From a virus (taxonomy: Duplodnaviria; Caudoviricetes), in IMG/VR virus record IMGVR_UViG_3300048895_000205, positions 1 to 54,276 of that record: DNA of 54,276 nt; one strand, 5' to 3'. Numbering within the stretch: the first letter of the stretch is position 1; each line of letters starts with the position of its first letter. Positions 33,600-43,676 of this stretch are shown piece by piece. The notes below the pieces were generated by a model that saw only the letters and a program-made list of their open reading frames with translations, ran no database searches and was not told the DNA's origin. The position numbers and the translations under genes were made by a program.

Positions 33600-34883
33600 G
33601 TGGCCGAATCCATCTTCAGCACCACTCCGGCGCTGAACGACATCTTCGGTGGAAGTCCCATCACCGTTGGCACGGTCTTCACGCCCGCGGTCAACGGGAC
33701 CATTACCAACCTGCGCCAGTACATCCCCGCGACCAGCGCCGCGGGCGCCATTGGCGTGCTCTACTCCTGGACCTCGAACGCGGCCGGGACTGAGCTAGGT
33801 CGCGTGGCGTACACCGGCATCGTTAACGACGCCTGGAACGTCTCGCCCGCGCTCGCATCTCCAATTCCCGTGGTCGCGGGCTCTTACTACGTCGCGGCCA
33901 CGTTCTTTCCGAACACGCACTACGTGGCCACGGGCGCCGGGCTGACCGCCAGCATCGTGAGCGGAAACCTGACCGCCCCAGGTGATACGCCTGGCCGGCA
34001 GAACGGCAAGTTCCATGATGGCGGGGACCAGTACCCCGACAGCACATTCAATTCGAACTGCTACTTCGCTGACGTGCTCTTCGTCGCGGACTCCCCGAGC
34101 GATGCCGGCACGCTAGACCTGACCGGTCCGCCGGCCACGATGAGCTTGAACGCAGGCGTCTCCGAAGTTGGCTCTCTGCTTCTGGTCGGCCCGCCGGCCA
34201 CGATGAGCATTGACGCCAGCGAGGCTGAGACAAGCACACTGATCCTGGCCGGGCCGCCGGCCACCATGGACATCGAAGCGTCCTTGCCCGAGCAAGGAAT
34301 CCTGGACCTGGTCGGCCCAGCAGCCACGCTCAGCATCGAAGCGGTCGACGGGCATGCCACCGACGACCTGCTGTTCCCGCAGGCTCAGACCCTCCTGGAC
34401 TGCCTGTGCGCCGCGGTGCAGGAGAACTCGTCGATCGTGTTCCCGGCGCCGGAGATCTGCTGCCTGCGCGCGGGCGACGCGGTACTGCTCGACATCACCA
34501 ACGAAGGCGTTGATGAGTGCTGCCGCGGGCTGGCGTACGTGCGGATCGACAGCTTCTACCCGACCGGTGCCCAGAACGCTCCGTTCCCGAGCCCCAGCTC
34601 AGACTTCGGGCTGGACAAGTGCTCGCCCTACGCCTGGGGCCTGAGCATGGAAATCGGGATCTACCGGTGCATCGGCGAGGCTGACTGCGACCGGTGGACC
34701 TACGTGGCCGAACGCCAGATGTTGGACGCCAAGTCCATGCGGGAGGCCCTGTGCTGCTTCATGGCTCCCCTGGATCCACAGACAGTGTCGGTCACGCCGT
34801 GGCAGTCCAAGGGTCCTGACGGTGGTTGCATCGGTGGGACCATGGGCATCACCGTGATGGTGACTAACTGCGGAGAGTGCTGA
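33600..34883 (+). CDS. DUF4082-like domain + repeats + tail-terminator-like domain fusion
   Basis: N-terminal VG..F...V.G.IT..R...YFADVLF; C-terminal C.GLAYVRI...YP, W...GP.GGC.GG. Confidence 0.7.
   Translation: MAESIFSTTPALNDIFGGSPITVGTVFTPAVNGTITNLRQYIPATSAAGAIGVLYSWTSNAAGTELGRVAYTGIVNDAWNVSPALASPIPVVAGSYYVAATFFPNTHYVATGAGLTASIVSGNLTAPGDTPGRQNGKFHDGGDQYPDSTFNSNCYFADVLFVADSPSDAGTLDLTGPPATMSLNAGVSEVGSLLLVGPPATMSIDASEAETSTLILAGPPATMDIEASLPEQGILDLVGPAATLSIEAVDGHATDDLLFPQAQTLLDCLCAAVQENSSIVFPAPEICCLRAGDAVLLDITNEGVDECCRGLAYVRIDSFYPTGAQNAPFPSPSSDFGLDKCSPYAWGLSMEIGIYRCIGEADCDRWTYVAERQMLDAKSMREALCCFMAPLDPQTVSVTPWQSKGPDGGCIGGTMGITVMVTNCGEC
34107..34352 (+). repeat. four ~63-nt in-frame tandem repeats (L.L.GPPATMSI.A)
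   Basis: GPPATMSL, GPPATMSI, GPPATMDI, GPAATLSI at 21-aa spacing. Confidence 0.8.
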
Positions 34884-35173
34884 TGATCCACGTCAAGGTG
34901 ATCCTGAACTTCGGCCCGTTCGAGCGCGGACAGGAGCTGGCGGTTGACGCGGCGTTCGTGGAACGCTTCGGCCGATACCTCGCGGTCGAGTTTTACGAGG
35001 ATGATGAGCCGGTAGAGGACGTCATCGCGGCATTCGAGAAGGGGCTTGCTGATGGCGAAGGTGATCATCGACAAGCCGAAAGCGAAGGAGCTGGCAAAGT
35101 TCCACGCACTCGAAAGAACAAAGCTGCTGACCCGTCAGGTCCAGATCGGGGCCTGGAAGAGGCTGCTGGATAA
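34883..35173 (+). CDS. hypothetical protein
   Basis: TGATG overlap; 3' end overlaps the next gene by ~120 nt. Confidence 0.55.
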   Translation: MIHVKVILNFGPFERGQELAVDAAFVERFGRYLAVEFYEDDEPVEDVIAAFEKGLADGEGDHRQAESEGAGKVPRTRKNKAADPSGPDRGLEEAAG

Positions 35174-35507
35174 CGACAACTTCAAAACCGGCGCGCTCTA
35201 CCTGTCCATCAAGATCGACATTAAGGAGACCCGCCGCGGTCTCATTGTCGGCCGGGTCGGATCAGCCAAGCGGTACGCGATGGTCATTCACCAGGGCGCC
35301 AAGCCCCACCTGATCGCGCCTCGGCGCAAGCGCGGACTTAAGTTCTACTGGCCGGCCGGCGTGGGCAATCCGCCACTGAAAGTCGGGAAGGTCGTTTGCT
35401 ACAAGGGCGTCGTGCACCATCCAGGCTTCAAGTCGAACCGGTACCTACTCATCCCCTTGGTCACCGAGGCGCCTCGCTTCGGCTTCTTCCCGACTCCGTT
35501 GGTCTAG
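35052..35507 (+). CDS. neck/tail-completion protein (HK97 gp10-like)
   Basis: TGAL..SI, YA..IHQG.KPH.I, V.HPG...N.YL. Confidence 0.8.
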   Translation: MAKVIIDKPKAKELAKFHALERTKLLTRQVQIGAWKRLLDNDNFKTGALYLSIKIDIKETRRGLIVGRVGSAKRYAMVIHQGAKPHLIAPRRKRGLKFYWPAGVGNPPLKVGKVVCYKGVVHHPGFKSNRYLLIPLVTEAPRFGFFPTPLV

Positions 35508-35517
35508 CATCAAGGTC

Positions 35518-35859
35518 ATGACGGTACCTACCCCTGACGCCGACAAGTATTACCTGGTCAGACTCAACGACAAGATCTCGGTCCATTCGAAGCGGCCGAC
35601 CGAGGAGCAAATTGTCGTGCTGTCCAAGACGGCCAGTGCCGTCGAGCGCGACCCCGAGGGCCGGGCTATCAGCGGCATGGGCCTGATCTTCCGGATCTTC
35701 GAGCGCATGCTATCGATAGAAAGCATCGAGCTTGTTGACGAGGCACTCATTGACGGAACGCTGAAGGTCGCTGACCTCCAGAACCTGATCCTGGCCGGCC
35801 AGAGCGAGGAGACCAATGACAAGCCCGTCCCCGCAAAGCGCGTTCGACGCGCCCGCTGA
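35518..35859 (+). CDS. tail assembly chaperone (putative)
   Basis: two genes before tape measure; TAGCAT-N7-ATG. Confidence 0.65.
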   Translation: MTVPTPDADKYYLVRLNDKISVHSKRPTEEQIVVLSKTASAVERDPEGRAISGMGLIFRIFERMLSIESIELVDEALIDGTLKVADLQNLILAGQSEETNDKPVPAKRVRRAR

Positions 35860-36400
35860 GCGCTACGACCTGCCGCCAGTCATCTGCGACCCGATAGCCT
35901 CGCTGAGTCCCGTCACGATCGAGGTCCTCTACCTCGGCCAGCGATGGCGCATTCCCGCCATGACCGCGGACGGTTGGCTGAGTCTGCTCTGGCGAGACCA
36001 GTTCATGTACGAGGACATCTTCCCGGGCCTCGCTGGCGCTGGCGAAGCCCTGGATGACGCCATGCTCGACGGTCAGGTGGACTTCCGGGATGCCGCCCTA
36101 GTGGCCATGGAGGTTCTAGAAGCAGCTTCTGGCTACCGCTGGTGGTTCACGCTCAAGCTGGCAACGCTGGCGAAGGCATCATGGCTTCGCATCGGCGGCA
36201 TGATCATGCTGGACCTGAACGCCATCAGTCTTGGCCGGTTCCTCACCGCGGTCCTTGGCGTGCTCCAGGAGCACATGGAGCCCAAGAAGCTCGTCGATCT
36301 AGTGAACGAACTCAATGAAGCACCCCCCGGCTTTGAGGAACCTTTGGACGAAGCGACAGAGGGTGCCGCGTTCTTGGCCGCCATGAACCAGTCGCTATGA
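35816..36400 (+). CDS. pre-tape-measure chaperone (putative)
   Basis: GAGGAG SD; ASGYRWW motif; immediately before tape measure. Confidence 0.65.
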   Translation: MTSPSPQSAFDAPAERYDLPPVICDPIASLSPVTIEVLYLGQRWRIPAMTADGWLSLLWRDQFMYEDIFPGLAGAGEALDDAMLDGQVDFRDAALVAMEVLEAASGYRWWFTLKLATLAKASWLRIGGMIMLDLNAISLGRFLTAVLGVLQEHMEPKKLVDLVNELNEAPPGFEEPLDEATEGAAFLAAMNQSL

Positions 36401-36430
36401 TCCCGATGATCTCGCCCCTATCATGACGTC

Positions 36431-38140
36431 ATGGCTATTGGCAACGTGCTGGGCCGCGCGTACATCGAAGTGCACGCGGACTCTCGGCCGTTTGCCAACG
36501 AGCTGGGCGTGGAGATCGAAGCCATCGCCAAGGCGGCCGAGCCCAAGTCGAAGAGCGCCGGGGACAAGGTCGCTGGCGATGTGGTCGAGGGAGCCAAGAA
36601 GAAGCTCGAAAAAGAAGGTAAGAAGATCTTCTCGGACTTCCTCGGCCTGTTCAGCGGGAACCAGAGTGGTGGACGCAAGGGATCCTTCGATCGACTCGGA
36701 AGTGAAGCTGGAAAGGCGTTCACCAACGGCTTACAATCGGCCCTGAAGGGAGCGGGCGGGATCATCCCGTCTATCGGCTCCTCGATCGGCAACGTCGGCA
36801 GCAACGGGCCGTTCGCTTGGATCGTCGGACTCGGCGTGGTGACACTGATACCCGCCATCATCGCGCTGGTGTCCCAGCTGGCCGCCCTGGTCAACGTGGT
36901 TTACCTGCTGCCGGGTGCCTTCTCGGCCGCGGTCGCAGGCATCGTTCCGCTGATCGTTGCCTTCCATGGTTTCGGCACTGCGATCTCCGCGATCATGTCC
37001 GGCGATCCCAAGCAGATCGCCGAGGCGCTCAAGAATCTGACTCCCGCGGCCCGCTCGGTGGCCAAAGAGTTCCAGCAAATGCTGCCGCTCTTCCACGAGC
37101 TTCGCGTCACCGCGCAGGAGTACTTCTTCAAGCCCCTCATTGGCGCGCTGACGGTCGTCAGAAAGGCATTGGGGCCTACCCTCGTCGCCGGTTTTCGCCA
37201 GCTCGCCCTGGACGGGGGCTTCTTCACGAACCAGTTGCTGCGGCTGTTTGCCAGCCCGCAGGGGCGCCGGTTCATCGCAGTCATGTTCGACCTGGCCGAT
37301 AGCTTCGAGCGGGAGCTGGCGCCGGCTGTACTCACCATCGTGAACGGCCTGATGAGCCTGTCGACAGCTTCGGCGCCGTTCTTGAAGGATCTGTTCGCCC
37401 GAATCGGTAGTTCTCTGACGACCTTCGGCAGTTGGCTGGACACCATCTCCAAGAACGGTCAGCTGGACAAGTTTCTCGACAACTTCAACAGAGCCCTGGA
37501 GAAGTTGAAGGTTTTCGCTTCGGCCGGCTGGAACCTCATCCAGTCCCTGCTGGGATCGACCGACCGGCAGAACGCAGCCGACACCTTCTTCGACAACCTC
37601 ATCGACGTGATCACCACGCTGGCAGACTTCTTCGCCAGCGACGAGGGTCATATGGCCATGCAGCAATTGATCACCGACGCCGGGATCTTCCTGTACGTAC
37701 TGCGGGACATCTTGACCTCGGTACTGCTGGTCTTCACGGCCATCCAGTGGGCGGTTGACAAGCTCAAGGAGCTGAAGGCACTGCTCGGCCAGGACGTGAC
37801 CCAGGGCGCCATCCACGTGTTCAGTTCGACCCCGGCCAAGACGGGGACGCGGGACCGCGGCTACGCCGCCGGCACGCCGGCCACCGACGGGCCGGCCTGG
37901 CGCTGGACAGGTGAGGCGGGGCCGGAGGCCATCATCCCGCTGACCGACCCCGCTCGCGCCAAGCAGCTCATGGACCAGTCGGGCCTGAGCCAAATGCAGG
38001 ATGGTGGCGATACCAACGTGGCGGTGTACATCGGCAACGAGCAGCTCGACGCGCGGGTGGTCAAGGTCCAGAGCAAGGGCTTCAAGGCGTTCGGCCGCGG
38101 CATGAAGTACGGTCCGCGCCTGGCTGCGGTCGGTGGCTGA
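36431..38140 (+). CDS. tape measure protein (short, 569 aa)
   Basis: LGRAYIEV.AD...F, LTPAAR, amphipathic helices, GEAGPEAIIPL, V.VYIG.E.L. Confidence 0.88.
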   Translation: MAIGNVLGRAYIEVHADSRPFANELGVEIEAIAKAAEPKSKSAGDKVAGDVVEGAKKKLEKEGKKIFSDFLGLFSGNQSGGRKGSFDRLGSEAGKAFTNGLQSALKGAGGIIPSIGSSIGNVGSNGPFAWIVGLGVVTLIPAIIALVSQLAALVNVVYLLPGAFSAAVAGIVPLIVAFHGFGTAISAIMSGDPKQIAEALKNLTPAARSVAKEFQQMLPLFHELRVTAQEYFFKPLIGALTVVRKALGPTLVAGFRQLALDGGFFTNQLLRLFASPQGRRFIAVMFDLADSFERELAPAVLTIVNGLMSLSTASAPFLKDLFARIGSSLTTFGSWLDTISKNGQLDKFLDNFNRALEKLKVFASAGWNLIQSLLGSTDRQNAADTFFDNLIDVITTLADFFASDEGHMAMQQLITDAGIFLYVLRDILTSVLLVFTAIQWAVDKLKELKALLGQDVTQGAIHVFSSTPAKTGTRDRGYAAGTPATDGPAWRWTGEAGPEAIIPLTDPARAKQLMDQSGLSQMQDGGDTNVAVYIGNEQLDARVVKVQSKGFKAFGRGMKYGPRLAAVGG

Positions 38141-39120
38141 TGCCCTCCATCTTCACGGCCGCCCAGCCCGCATACGGGCGAGTGCTCATCCAGGTCAACT
38201 TCACCGACACTGGTGCCACCTTCGCCCGCGTCCAGCGGCTGCTCAGCGACGGCACGCTGACCGTCGTGCGACCCAACACGTTCTCGGACAGCTCGGGGGA
38301 CTACATCGAGCTGTCCGGCGGCCAGGCGATCTTCTACGACACCGAAGCCCCCCTGGATGTGCCGCTGATCTACATAACTGACGGGCTCATTGGTACGGTC
38401 GCGGCCGGCACGGCGACGGACACTCCGCCGGGTGAGGTCCTAGCTAGCGGCGAGGACCTGTGGCTGAAGGCTCCGCTGCGACCGTGGGCCGATCAGCGCG
38501 TGGTCCTGGAAATCCCCCAGGAGCCCGACTGCTTGCCCGAGAGCGCGATCTTCTTCGTCTCCATGGATATCGAGGTCCGGGGGAACCGGACCACGGTGGC
38601 CGTGATCAACAACCGCAAGAACCCGATCGCGATGACGCGCACGCGTGGCGGCATCGCGTCCACACTGAACCTGGTGACGCGCCGCTTTGCCGACCGGGAC
38701 GCCGTGATCACGCTCAACGCCGACGGTGACGTGCTCTTCTTCGAAGGTCCGGCCGCCTACGCGATCCCAGATCAGTACATGAGCGTGGGCGACTACTCGG
38801 TCTCCCGACTGTCGACAGATCATCGGCGTCAGTGGCGACTGAACGCACTGCCCTATGTCGAGGTAGACCGCCCGGCGGGCCTAGCCGAGGGCATCCTTGG
38901 TGACCGCTGGGCCGATCTGTGCCAGAAGTACCTCACGTTCGCGGCAGCCACGGCCGCAGGCCTGACCTGGACCTCGGTTCTGCTCGGACTGGCGACCAAC
39001 TCACCGCCGCCGGCCGCGAGCATCTGGATCTACGCAACCATTCCGGTCCAGTACGCCACATACACCGCCCTGAACGCTGCGTTCCCTACCTACAACGCAC
39101 TGTGGCAGGGGCCGTTCTAA
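38140..39120 (+). CDS. minor tail protein (distal-tail-like)
   Basis: follows tape measure; D.EAPLDV...Y, WLK.P..P, LPYVEVDRP. Confidence 0.8.
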   Translation: MPSIFTAAQPAYGRVLIQVNFTDTGATFARVQRLLSDGTLTVVRPNTFSDSSGDYIELSGGQAIFYDTEAPLDVPLIYITDGLIGTVAAGTATDTPPGEVLASGEDLWLKAPLRPWADQRVVLEIPQEPDCLPESAIFFVSMDIEVRGNRTTVAVINNRKNPIAMTRTRGGIASTLNLVTRRFADRDAVITLNADGDVLFFEGPAAYAIPDQYMSVGDYSVSRLSTDHRRQWRLNALPYVEVDRPAGLAEGILGDRWADLCQKYLTFAAATAAGLTWTSVLLGLATNSPPPAASIWIYATIPVQYATYTALNAAFPTYNALWQGPF

Positions 39121-40229
39121 TGCTCCCTGGTGGCACTGACGCCCTGTACCGCGCCCTCCTGGCCGGTCCCCATCACCCAACCACACGGGTCGAGGTCTGG
39201 GCTCAGGACGTCCGCATCGATAGTTACGGCGATGCCGGCCTGCCCCTGTTCGAGGGAAGCGTAAGCGCCACGCTCAACTCACAGGTCACTCGCCAACTGG
39301 AACTGAGCACTGACCAGAGCCTGTTCCCTGCCGAGATCGACGACCTGCTCGCGCCCTACGGCAACGAGCTGCGAGTGTTCCAAGGGATCAAGCCGGGCGC
39401 AGGCGTGCCGTACGAGTGGCAGACGTTCCGAGGTCGGATCAACGATGCCACGCTTGATGACAACGGAACGGTGAGCATCACCGCAGTCGACCGAGCTGGC
39501 GATATCAACGACGCCGGCTTCATCTTCCCCGAGAACTCGGAAACGTCGAACAAGCTGAGTGCGGAGTTCCGCCGGATCGTCTTGGACGGCGTCCCGGACG
39601 CTACGTTCGGGACCTTCGACGCCATCAGCGGCGTCACTCCGGCCATGAGTTGGGAATGGAACCGGGCGACCGCTTGCGACGACCTGGCCGCCGCTGGATC
39701 GGCGTTCTGGTACGTCCTAGCCAACGGTGACTACGTCATGCGCTTCATCCCCTGGACGGTTGACCAGACGCCGCTGATGACGCTGTCCGACGGTCCTGGC
39801 GGAGCGCTGCTGAGTGCCATTCCGACGCGCTCGCGGGAGAACGTCTTCAACGGCATCACCGCGGTCGGCGAGCGCGCGGACGGCACTGCCCCGGTGTACG
39901 CCACGCAGTTCGACAACGATCCCGCGTCGCCGACGTTCGTGGGTGGCAAATTCGGGCTGAAGTCCAAACTGCTCCAGGCGCCGGCCGCCCAGACCCAGAA
40001 CCAGGCTCTGTCCATGGCCCGAGCGGCGCTGCATCAAGCCCGCTCGCTCACGATTTCCTGGACCATCGGCATGGCTGCTGACGCGTCCCTGGAGCTAGGG
40101 GATACCTTCATCATCAGTGCGAGGAACCTACCCCCCAGCACGCAGGTCGTGAGCGCTTTCACGCTGCCACTTACTGCGGGCTCCATGAGCATCACTCTTC
40201 GCGCGTTGCAACCTGGATTGGTGGTTTAG
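39120..40229 (+). CDS. minor tail/hub protein (DUF5047-like)
   Basis: GSV......VTR, LAPYG.EL, SRE.VFN, D.DP.SPT..GG.FG, LELGD. Confidence 0.8.
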   Translation: MLPGGTDALYRALLAGPHHPTTRVEVWAQDVRIDSYGDAGLPLFEGSVSATLNSQVTRQLELSTDQSLFPAEIDDLLAPYGNELRVFQGIKPGAGVPYEWQTFRGRINDATLDDNGTVSITAVDRAGDINDAGFIFPENSETSNKLSAEFRRIVLDGVPDATFGTFDAISGVTPAMSWEWNRATACDDLAAAGSAFWYVLANGDYVMRFIPWTVDQTPLMTLSDGPGGALLSAIPTRSRENVFNGITAVGERADGTAPVYATQFDNDPASPTFVGGKFGLKSKLLQAPAAQTQNQALSMARAALHQARSLTISWTIGMAADASLELGDTFIISARNLPPSTQVVSAFTLPLTAGSMSITLRALQPGLVV

Positions 40230-40736
40230 ATGGCAGGCACCACGACCAACTTCGCGTGGCCGTTTCCCACCAACGGCGACGTGCCCAACGTGGCCTCGGA
40301 CATCCAGTCGCTGGCCGCCGCAGTCGACGCGACCCTGGGCAGCGCATTCACGGCCTACACGCCAGTCTGGTCGTCGACCGGGGTTGCTCCGGCAGTAGGA
40401 AACGGGACGATCACTGGGCGCTTTAAGCGATTCGCCAAGTGGGGCATGAACTCGATCACATTGACTCTCGGGACTACGTCCACCGTCGGGACCAACTTCT
40501 ATCGGTTCTCGCTGCCAGCCGGTTGGACCTTGCAGAACACGACATCGGTCTACGGAATCGGCAGCCTGTTCGATTCCTCGACGAACACGACCTATGTCGG
40601 CACTATCTCGGCCTCCAGCACCACTTTGGTCACTATTCGCACTCACGCATCAGCGGCAGAGGTAGGTGCGACGAACCCAGTCACTCCAGCCACCTCGGAC
40701 GTGTTCAACCTGCTCCTGGTGACGGAGCTAGCATGA
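40230..40736 (+). CDS. minor tail protein
   Basis: T.NFAWPFP..D...DIQ.LA.AVD; YTP.W......GNGT..GR. Confidence 0.75.
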   Translation: MAGTTTNFAWPFPTNGDVPNVASDIQSLAAAVDATLGSAFTAYTPVWSSTGVAPAVGNGTITGRFKRFAKWGMNSITLTLGTTSTVGTNFYRFSLPAGWTLQNTTSVYGIGSLFDSSTNTTYVGTISASSTTLVTIRTHASAAEVGATNPVTPATSDVFNLLLVTELA

Positions 40737-40957
40737 GCGTTCTCACTGACGTCGCGGGCTCGCTGCCGCCCGACACCGGCCTGCGCATTGGCGTGGCTGT
40801 CCTCGCCCCTGACGGGGTCAGCACGGCAGTCACGGTGTCGGGCCAGCTGGTTGACTGTGGCTTCCTGGACACCACGGTAACGATCGGGAACCCGGTCGCC
40901 CTGCTTCGTTGCGGCCCGACCTGGCTGTGCCTGGGTCAGATTCAGACGCAGCCATGA
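40733..40957 (+). CDS. small tail protein
   Basis: ATGA overlaps on both sides; G..V.LLR....WL.LG. Confidence 0.7.
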   Translation: MSVLTDVAGSLPPDTGLRIGVAVLAPDGVSTAVTVSGQLVDCGFLDTTVTIGNPVALLRCGPTWLCLGQIQTQP

Positions 40958-41562
40958 CCGCAACCACGGCCACTTGGGCCATCCCCTACGCGACCGGCAC
41001 GGACCGGTTGTGCGACGGCGCCGACATCACCGCCCAGATGGCCTTGCGCGTGGATGCCATCCTGGAGAACTTCGCCGAGGACATCTTGTTCTTGTCCAAC
41101 ATCCCCTGTGCTGCGGTGCGCGCTTCTACCACCATCGCGATGGTCACTATTGGCGGCTCCACGTCTCCGCACGGCGTGCCTTGGAATACGGTCGACTACG
41201 ACACCGACAACATGGTCAATCTGCCCGCAGACGCGACTGTCATTACCTACCAGCGACCGGGTTATTTCATCTACGGTGGCGCGATCAACTTCTTCGAGCA
41301 GCCCTTGACGGCCGGCCAGAAGTACAACGCCATCGTCTTCTCGACTTCACCGGCTACCGCGGCCAATGGTCAGCAGGAGCGGGACAACGGCGACGCCATG
41401 CTGAAAACCATGGCTGCCCTCAATCGGTTCCCGGGTCTGGTGGCCAATGGCGGCGAAGGTGAGATCGACATGGAGCTGTCTCGGTCGCCCACGAGCAACG
41501 GAAGTCCGGCGATCGTGGCCTTCCCTTCGTACATGTACGCGCGCTGGTACGGGGAGCTGTAG
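40954..41562 (+). CDS. minor tail protein
   Basis: T..WAIPY...D N-terminal motif; WNTVDYDT. Confidence 0.75.
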   Translation: MTATTATWAIPYATGTDRLCDGADITAQMALRVDAILENFAEDILFLSNIPCAAVRASTTIAMVTIGGSTSPHGVPWNTVDYDTDNMVNLPADATVITYQRPGYFIYGGAINFFEQPLTAGQKYNAIVFSTSPATAANGQQERDNGDAMLKTMAALNRFPGLVANGGEGEIDMELSRSPTSNGSPAIVAFPSYMYARWYGEL

Positions 41563-42218
41563 TGGAACTGACCCCGAATCTTCGACTGCCGTATCCGGAT
41601 GACAATGACCCGGGCGACGGCGCCCTGGACCTCCAGGTCTTCGCCGAAGCGGTCGATGCCGCCGCGACTCAGCAGATTGCCGCTCTGCGCTCGACAATCA
41701 ACAAGCCTTGTCGAGTTGCTCAGCTCACTGTGGCTACGGCCGGGATCGCCGCGAACCAGAACACTGACATCTTCAACGCCGGTGGAACGTGGACCAATAT
41801 CTACGACAGCACGGGTGTGGTTACCACGAATCCGTTCGACCAGCGAGGCTTGGGCACCGCACCCGGGATCTATCACCTGGGTGTTGGCCTGGTGTACCAG
41901 GTCACGGGCGCCACGACGGCGAACAGCGTCCGACAGATCCAGCTCACCGCCGCAATCCCGAGTGATCGCACGGTCTTCCCGTCCACCGTCTCGAACCTCA
42001 CTGCGTACTCCAGCAACTACGATCCGAGCGCGGGCGCCATGGCGGCCACGGTTGAGCTGGAGGTCTACACACCCTTTCCCTCGGTGAGTAGTACCAGTAC
42101 GTCAGCCGGCACGGTATTCAGCGCCCTTTTCCTGCACCAGAACGTGGCATCCACGGTGCAGATCATCACCGGGTCCTATGCATACATCTATCGCGCGGCT
42201 GATGTGGAGGCGATCTAA
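41562..42218 (+). CDS. minor tail protein
   Basis: TPNLRLPYP...D.....DLQ.FA.AVD. Confidence 0.75.
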   Translation: MELTPNLRLPYPDDNDPGDGALDLQVFAEAVDAAATQQIAALRSTINKPCRVAQLTVATAGIAANQNTDIFNAGGTWTNIYDSTGVVTTNPFDQRGLGTAPGIYHLGVGLVYQVTGATTANSVRQIQLTAAIPSDRTVFPSTVSNLTAYSSNYDPSAGAMAATVELEVYTPFPSVSSTSTSAGTVFSALFLHQNVASTVQIITGSYAYIYRAADVEAI

Positions 42219-42808
42219 TGCCTGGAGTGACTCCGCTCGGACTGCGCTATCCCTACCAGGGCGAGACGGTCGATGCCACGTCCTGGCAGAACCTGGCCAA
42301 TGACATCGACGGCCTCATGACGACCGTGCAGGGCTTGCGTGATAAGGCCTTCCGGCCGCCGACTGCGTCCATCGGCAACAGCGGCGGCAACGTTCTACCG
42401 GTTACCACGGCCAGCGGCGCGACTACCAACATGCTCTACAACGTCACCAACTGGGACACCGGCGGCCTGGTGAACCTTGGCGTGAACAACGACCGCATCA
42501 CCGTGGGGCCCGGACTGTGGTGGGTCCGCTCGACCGTATCCCTCCTGGACTCGTGGACCACGCTGACCTTCATGCGCGTGGTCATCAGCGATACGACGGC
42601 GACGAACTGGGCGGCCGCTCAGGTTGACACGGTGACGACGCCGGCCGTCGCGGGCGCAGTCACGGTGAACGCGGTCGTCGTGAACCGAGCCGCCACGCTG
42701 GGTATCACCAGCTTGGTTGCCTGGTTCGGTACTGGCGGCCCAGCCCGGTGGGCCCAGGGCACTGCGAACCTCCAGGTCTATCGCATCCGGGAGATCGGAG
42801 ACGTGTAA
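42218..42808 (+). CDS. minor tail protein
   Basis: TPLGLRYP....V....QNLA.DID. Confidence 0.75.
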   Translation: MPGVTPLGLRYPYQGETVDATSWQNLANDIDGLMTTVQGLRDKAFRPPTASIGNSGGNVLPVTTASGATTNMLYNVTNWDTGGLVNLGVNNDRITVGPGLWWVRSTVSLLDSWTTLTFMRVVISDTTATNWAAAQVDTVTTPAVAGAVTVNAVVVNRAATLGITSLVAWFGTGGPARWAQGTANLQVYRIREIGDV

Positions 42809-43659
42809 TGACGATCAAGTTCCCTGACCTGTCGCATCACAACACCCCGATCTCGGTGGCGGGCGCGGTCGCCCTGATCGTCAAAGCCACCGAGGGTGCA
42901 ACGTTCAAAGATCCGGCATATAGCACCTTCAAGGCTCAGGCCGGCGGCATCCCGTTCATGGGCTATCACTGGGTCAACACCGACGCGATCAGCACGCAGG
43001 CGGCTAACGCGATCTCGGTCATGCGCTCCACGCCCTGCATGTGGGACGCTGAGGCGGCCGGCGTGACCGTACCGCGGTTAGTGCAGCTCACGCAGGCCTA
43101 CCGGGCGCTGGGTGGCGTGGTGCACATGGTGTACCTGCCGCACTGGTACTGGCAAGGACACATGGGCTCACCGAGCTTGCAGCCGCTGGTCGACCTGAAT
43201 CTGCATCTGGTCTCCAGCAACTACACGGCATACTCCGATTCCGGTCCAGGCTGGGCACCGTACGGCGGCATGACCCCGGTGCAATGGCAGTACACGGACG
43301 CGGCGATGTTCAACGGAAAACCTGTCGACTTCAACGCCTACAAGGGGACAGTCGAGGATTATCGAGCACTCATCTCAGGAGGAACTGTGGCACTCACTCA
43401 AGCAGACATTAACGCGGTCGTGAAGGCTGTCTTCGCCGAGATCATCAATTCTCCGGCGCTAGGATACAGCCAGCCATTCAGTGAATATGTCAAGTTCATC
43501 AAGGCCAACTCGAACGACATCGCGGCTCTGAACACCAAGCTTGATCGCGTTCTTGCCCTCCTGGTTGCTGACGGTGGAGTCGGCCTCACGCCGGCTCAAA
43601 TCCAGGAGATGGTCGACACCACAATCAGTGCGTCGAAGATCGTTCCTCCAGCGGTCTGA
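42808..43659 (+). CDS. endolysin, GH25 muramidase
   Basis: DLSHHN, VKATEG, GYH, DAE, WQYT, VDFN. Confidence 0.88.
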   Translation: MTIKFPDLSHHNTPISVAGAVALIVKATEGATFKDPAYSTFKAQAGGIPFMGYHWVNTDAISTQAANAISVMRSTPCMWDAEAAGVTVPRLVQLTQAYRALGGVVHMVYLPHWYWQGHMGSPSLQPLVDLNLHLVSSNYTAYSDSGPGWAPYGGMTPVQWQYTDAAMFNGKPVDFNAYKGTVEDYRALISGGTVALTQADINAVVKAVFAEIINSPALGYSQPFSEYVKFIKANSNDIAALNTKLDRVLALLVADGGVGLTPAQIQEMVDTTISASKIVPPAV

Positions 43660-43676
43660 CGTATAACCTGAGGATC

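Noticed and set aside
35518-36400. Programmed -1 frameshift between tail chaperones
   Set aside because: The second ORF is in the +1 frame, has its own GAGGAG-ATG, and no XXXYYYZ slippery site was seen in the overlap
40230-42808. Diversity-generating retroelement acting on tail genes
   Set aside because: No reverse transcriptase and no template/variable repeat pair found
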